Shown here: one piece after another, positions 62,448 through 64,000 of the stretch
How positions within the stretch are numbered: position 1 is the stretch's first letter
Layout: every line of letters starts with the position of its first letter
NCBI GenBank assembly: GCA_904419075.1
Contig: CAJFQM010000003.1
Location: 153,934 to 217,933 of the forward strand
Direction of reading: 5' to 3'
DNA: 64,000 bases
Source: an uncultured Clostridia bacterium
Lineage (GTDB): Bacteria > Bacillota > Clostridia > Christensenellales > Borkfalkiaceae
Notes under the pieces: model-generated
The model's database searches: none
What the model was told of the DNA's origin: nothing
Seen by the model: the letters and a program-made list of their open reading frames with translations, nothing else
Translations under genes and position numbers: made by a program

Positions 62448-64000
62448 CTATTTTTTTGCAAGTACCTTTTTCAAGAACTGTCCCGTATAGCTCTTTTTTA
62501 CTTTCGCGACCTCTTCGGGCGTGCCCGTGCAGACGACCGTTCCGCCGCCCGCACCCCCTTCGGGGCCTAAATCGACGATATAATCCGCCGTCTTGATGAC
62601 GTCGAGATTATGCTCGATGACCAGCACGGTATTCCCGCCCGAACGGAGCTTCAACAAAATTTTGATCAGTTTATCCACGTCGTAGGTATGCAGCCCCGTC
62701 GTCGGCTCGTCGAGAATATAGAAGGTCTTGCCCGTCGAACGCTTGGAAAGCTCGGTGGCGAGCTTGACGCGCTGCGCCTCGCCGCCCGAAAGAGTAGTCG
62801 CGCTTTGTCCGAGCTTGACATACCCCAGTCCCACCTCGTTCAGCGTTTTCAGCTTATTGTAAATGGAGGGAACGGCCCGGAAAAACTCGCAGGCCTCCTC
62901 CACGGTCATTTCGAGGACGTCGGAAATGCTCTTTCCCTTATATTTTACCTCCAACGTCTCGCGGTTATAGCGCTTTCCGCCGCACACCTCGCAGGGCACG
63001 AAAATGTCGGGCAAAAAGTGCATCTCTATCTTGATAATGCCGTCGCCGAAACAGTGCTCGCACCGACCGCCAGAAACGTTGAACGAAAACCTGCCCGCCT
63101 TATATCCCCGCTCCTGCGCGTCGGGAGTCATGGCGAACAAATCGCGGATCGCGTTGAATACGCCCGTATACGTGGCGGGGTTGCTCCGAGGCGTCCGCCC
63201 GATGGGGGACTGATCTATCGCGATGACCTTGTCGAAATATTCCACGCCCTCTATTTTGTCGAAATTGCCGAGCGGCTGACGCGCGCCGTTCAGGCGATTG
63301 GCCAAAACGGGATAGACGATTTCGTTGACAAAGCTGGATTTTCCGCTGCCCGAAACGCCCGTCACCGCCGTAATCAATCCGACGGGGATACGAATATCGA
63401 TATTTTTGAGATTGTTCTGCTTACAGCCGTACACCGTCAGCCACCTGTCGCCCGTCGGAGTCCTGACCTCGGGCACCTCTATTTTTCTCCGCCCCGCGAG
63501 ATAGTCGCCCGTAATGGAGCGCGGCTCCGCCATGATGTCCGCCTGCGTGCCGCACGCCACGACCTCGCCGCCGTGCACGCCCGCTTTCGGGCCGATGTCC
63601 ACGATATAGTCGGCGGCTTCTATCGTGTCCTCGTCGTGCTCGACGACAATCAACGTATTTCCAAGGTCGCGCAGGCCTTTGAGAGAATTGAGCAACTTTT
63701 CGTTATCTCGTTGATGGAGCCCGATACTCGGCTCGTCAAGGATATACAACACGCCCGTCAGAGCGCTCCCGATCTGCGTCGCCAGCCGAATCCGCTGGGA
63801 CTCCCCGCCCGACAGCGTATTTGCCGTCCGCGCCAGCGTGAGGTAGTTGAGCCCCACGTTCCGAAGAAAGCCGATGCGGTTTTTGATTTCCTTGATGATG
63901 GCGTCGGCGATCCTGTGTTCGGTTTCCGTCAGAACGAGATTATCCACAAAATCGTAGAGATTGTCCACCGACATTTCGCACAAATCCCAAATATTTTTCC
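62448..64000 (-). CDS. uvrA: Excinuclease ABC subunit A, C-terminal ~517 codons; N-terminus lies beyond the window end
   Basis: [21 protein letters not shown], the zinc finger [14 protein letters not shown], and [12 protein letters not shown]. The frame stays open to position 64000. Confidence 0.95.
   Translation of the reverse strand, partial: KNIWDLCEMSVDNLYDFVDNLVLTETEHRIADAIIKEIKNRIGFLRNVGLNYLTLARTANTLSGGESQRIRLATQIGSALTGVLYILDEPSIGLHQRDNEKLLNSLKGLRDLGNTLIVVEHDEDTIEAADYIVDIGPKAGVHGGEVVACGTQADIMAEPRSITGDYLAGRRKIEVPEVRTPTGDRWLTVYGCKQNNLKNIDIRIPVGLITAVTGVSGSGKSSFVNEIVYPVLANRLNGARQPLGNFDKIEGVEYFDKVIAIDQSPIGRTPRSNPATYTGVFNAIRDLFAMTPDAQERGYKAGRFSFNVSGGRCEHCFGDGIIKIEMHFLPDIFVPCEVCGGKRYNRETLEVKYKGKSISDVLEMTVEEACEFFRAVPSIYNKLKTLNEVGLGYVKLGQSATTLSGGEAQRVKLATELSKRSTGKTFYILDEPTTGLHTYDVDKLIKILLKLRSGGNTVLVIEHNLDVIKTADYIVDLGPEGGAGGGTVVCTGTPEEVAKVKKSYTGQFLKKVLAKK

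Overview
This 64-kb window comes from a moderately GC-rich, spore-forming Firmicutes/Clostridia-type chromosome, and more than 90% of its genes are on the minus strand. Most of it is conserved housekeeping synteny. The blocks are: mutY; ylxM-ffh-rpsP-ylqC-rimM; rseP-dxr-cdsA-uppS-frr-pyrH and tsf-rpsB; two heterodimeric ABC exporter pairs; ruvX; a UPF0104-pssA-psd lipid operon; rpmG-secE-nusG-rplK-rplA-rplJ-rplL; ppdK; yqfC-yqfD-phoH-pgpH-ybeY-era-yqzL-recO; a ClC channel; ispE; a DUF3794/LysM spore-coat-type gene; veg; and the 3' part of uvrA. I saw no rRNA, tRNA, CRISPR array, transposase or integrase. Many near-consensus sigma-A promoters (TTGACA-17-TATAAT) and rho-independent terminators can be read directly. 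A TPP riboswitch precedes thiT. Two promoters with identical mother-cell-sigma (E/K-like) architecture precede sporulation genes. The non-core features worth a second look are listed here.
- An 828-aa protein fuses an Mrr-type nuclease domain to a roughly 600-aa disordered linker carrying AT-hook-like KRGRKPK repeats.
- Two duplicated promoter-like elements upstream of the lipid operon have spacers made of C9 and C13 homopolymers (17-nt versus 22-nt spacing), which suggests a possible phase-variable switch.
- An AT-rich islet splits the conserved tsf/pyrH junction. It carries an XRE regulator and a BspA-like LRR lipoprotein gene that has perfect expression signals but one in-frame TGA.
- A fused double-DUF1538 membrane protein sits next to a tandem PII-like protein.
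- A second AT-rich islet holds two XRE regulators and lies next to a divergent orphan gene pair.
No complete multi-gene system of clearly novel function could be established from sequence alone.
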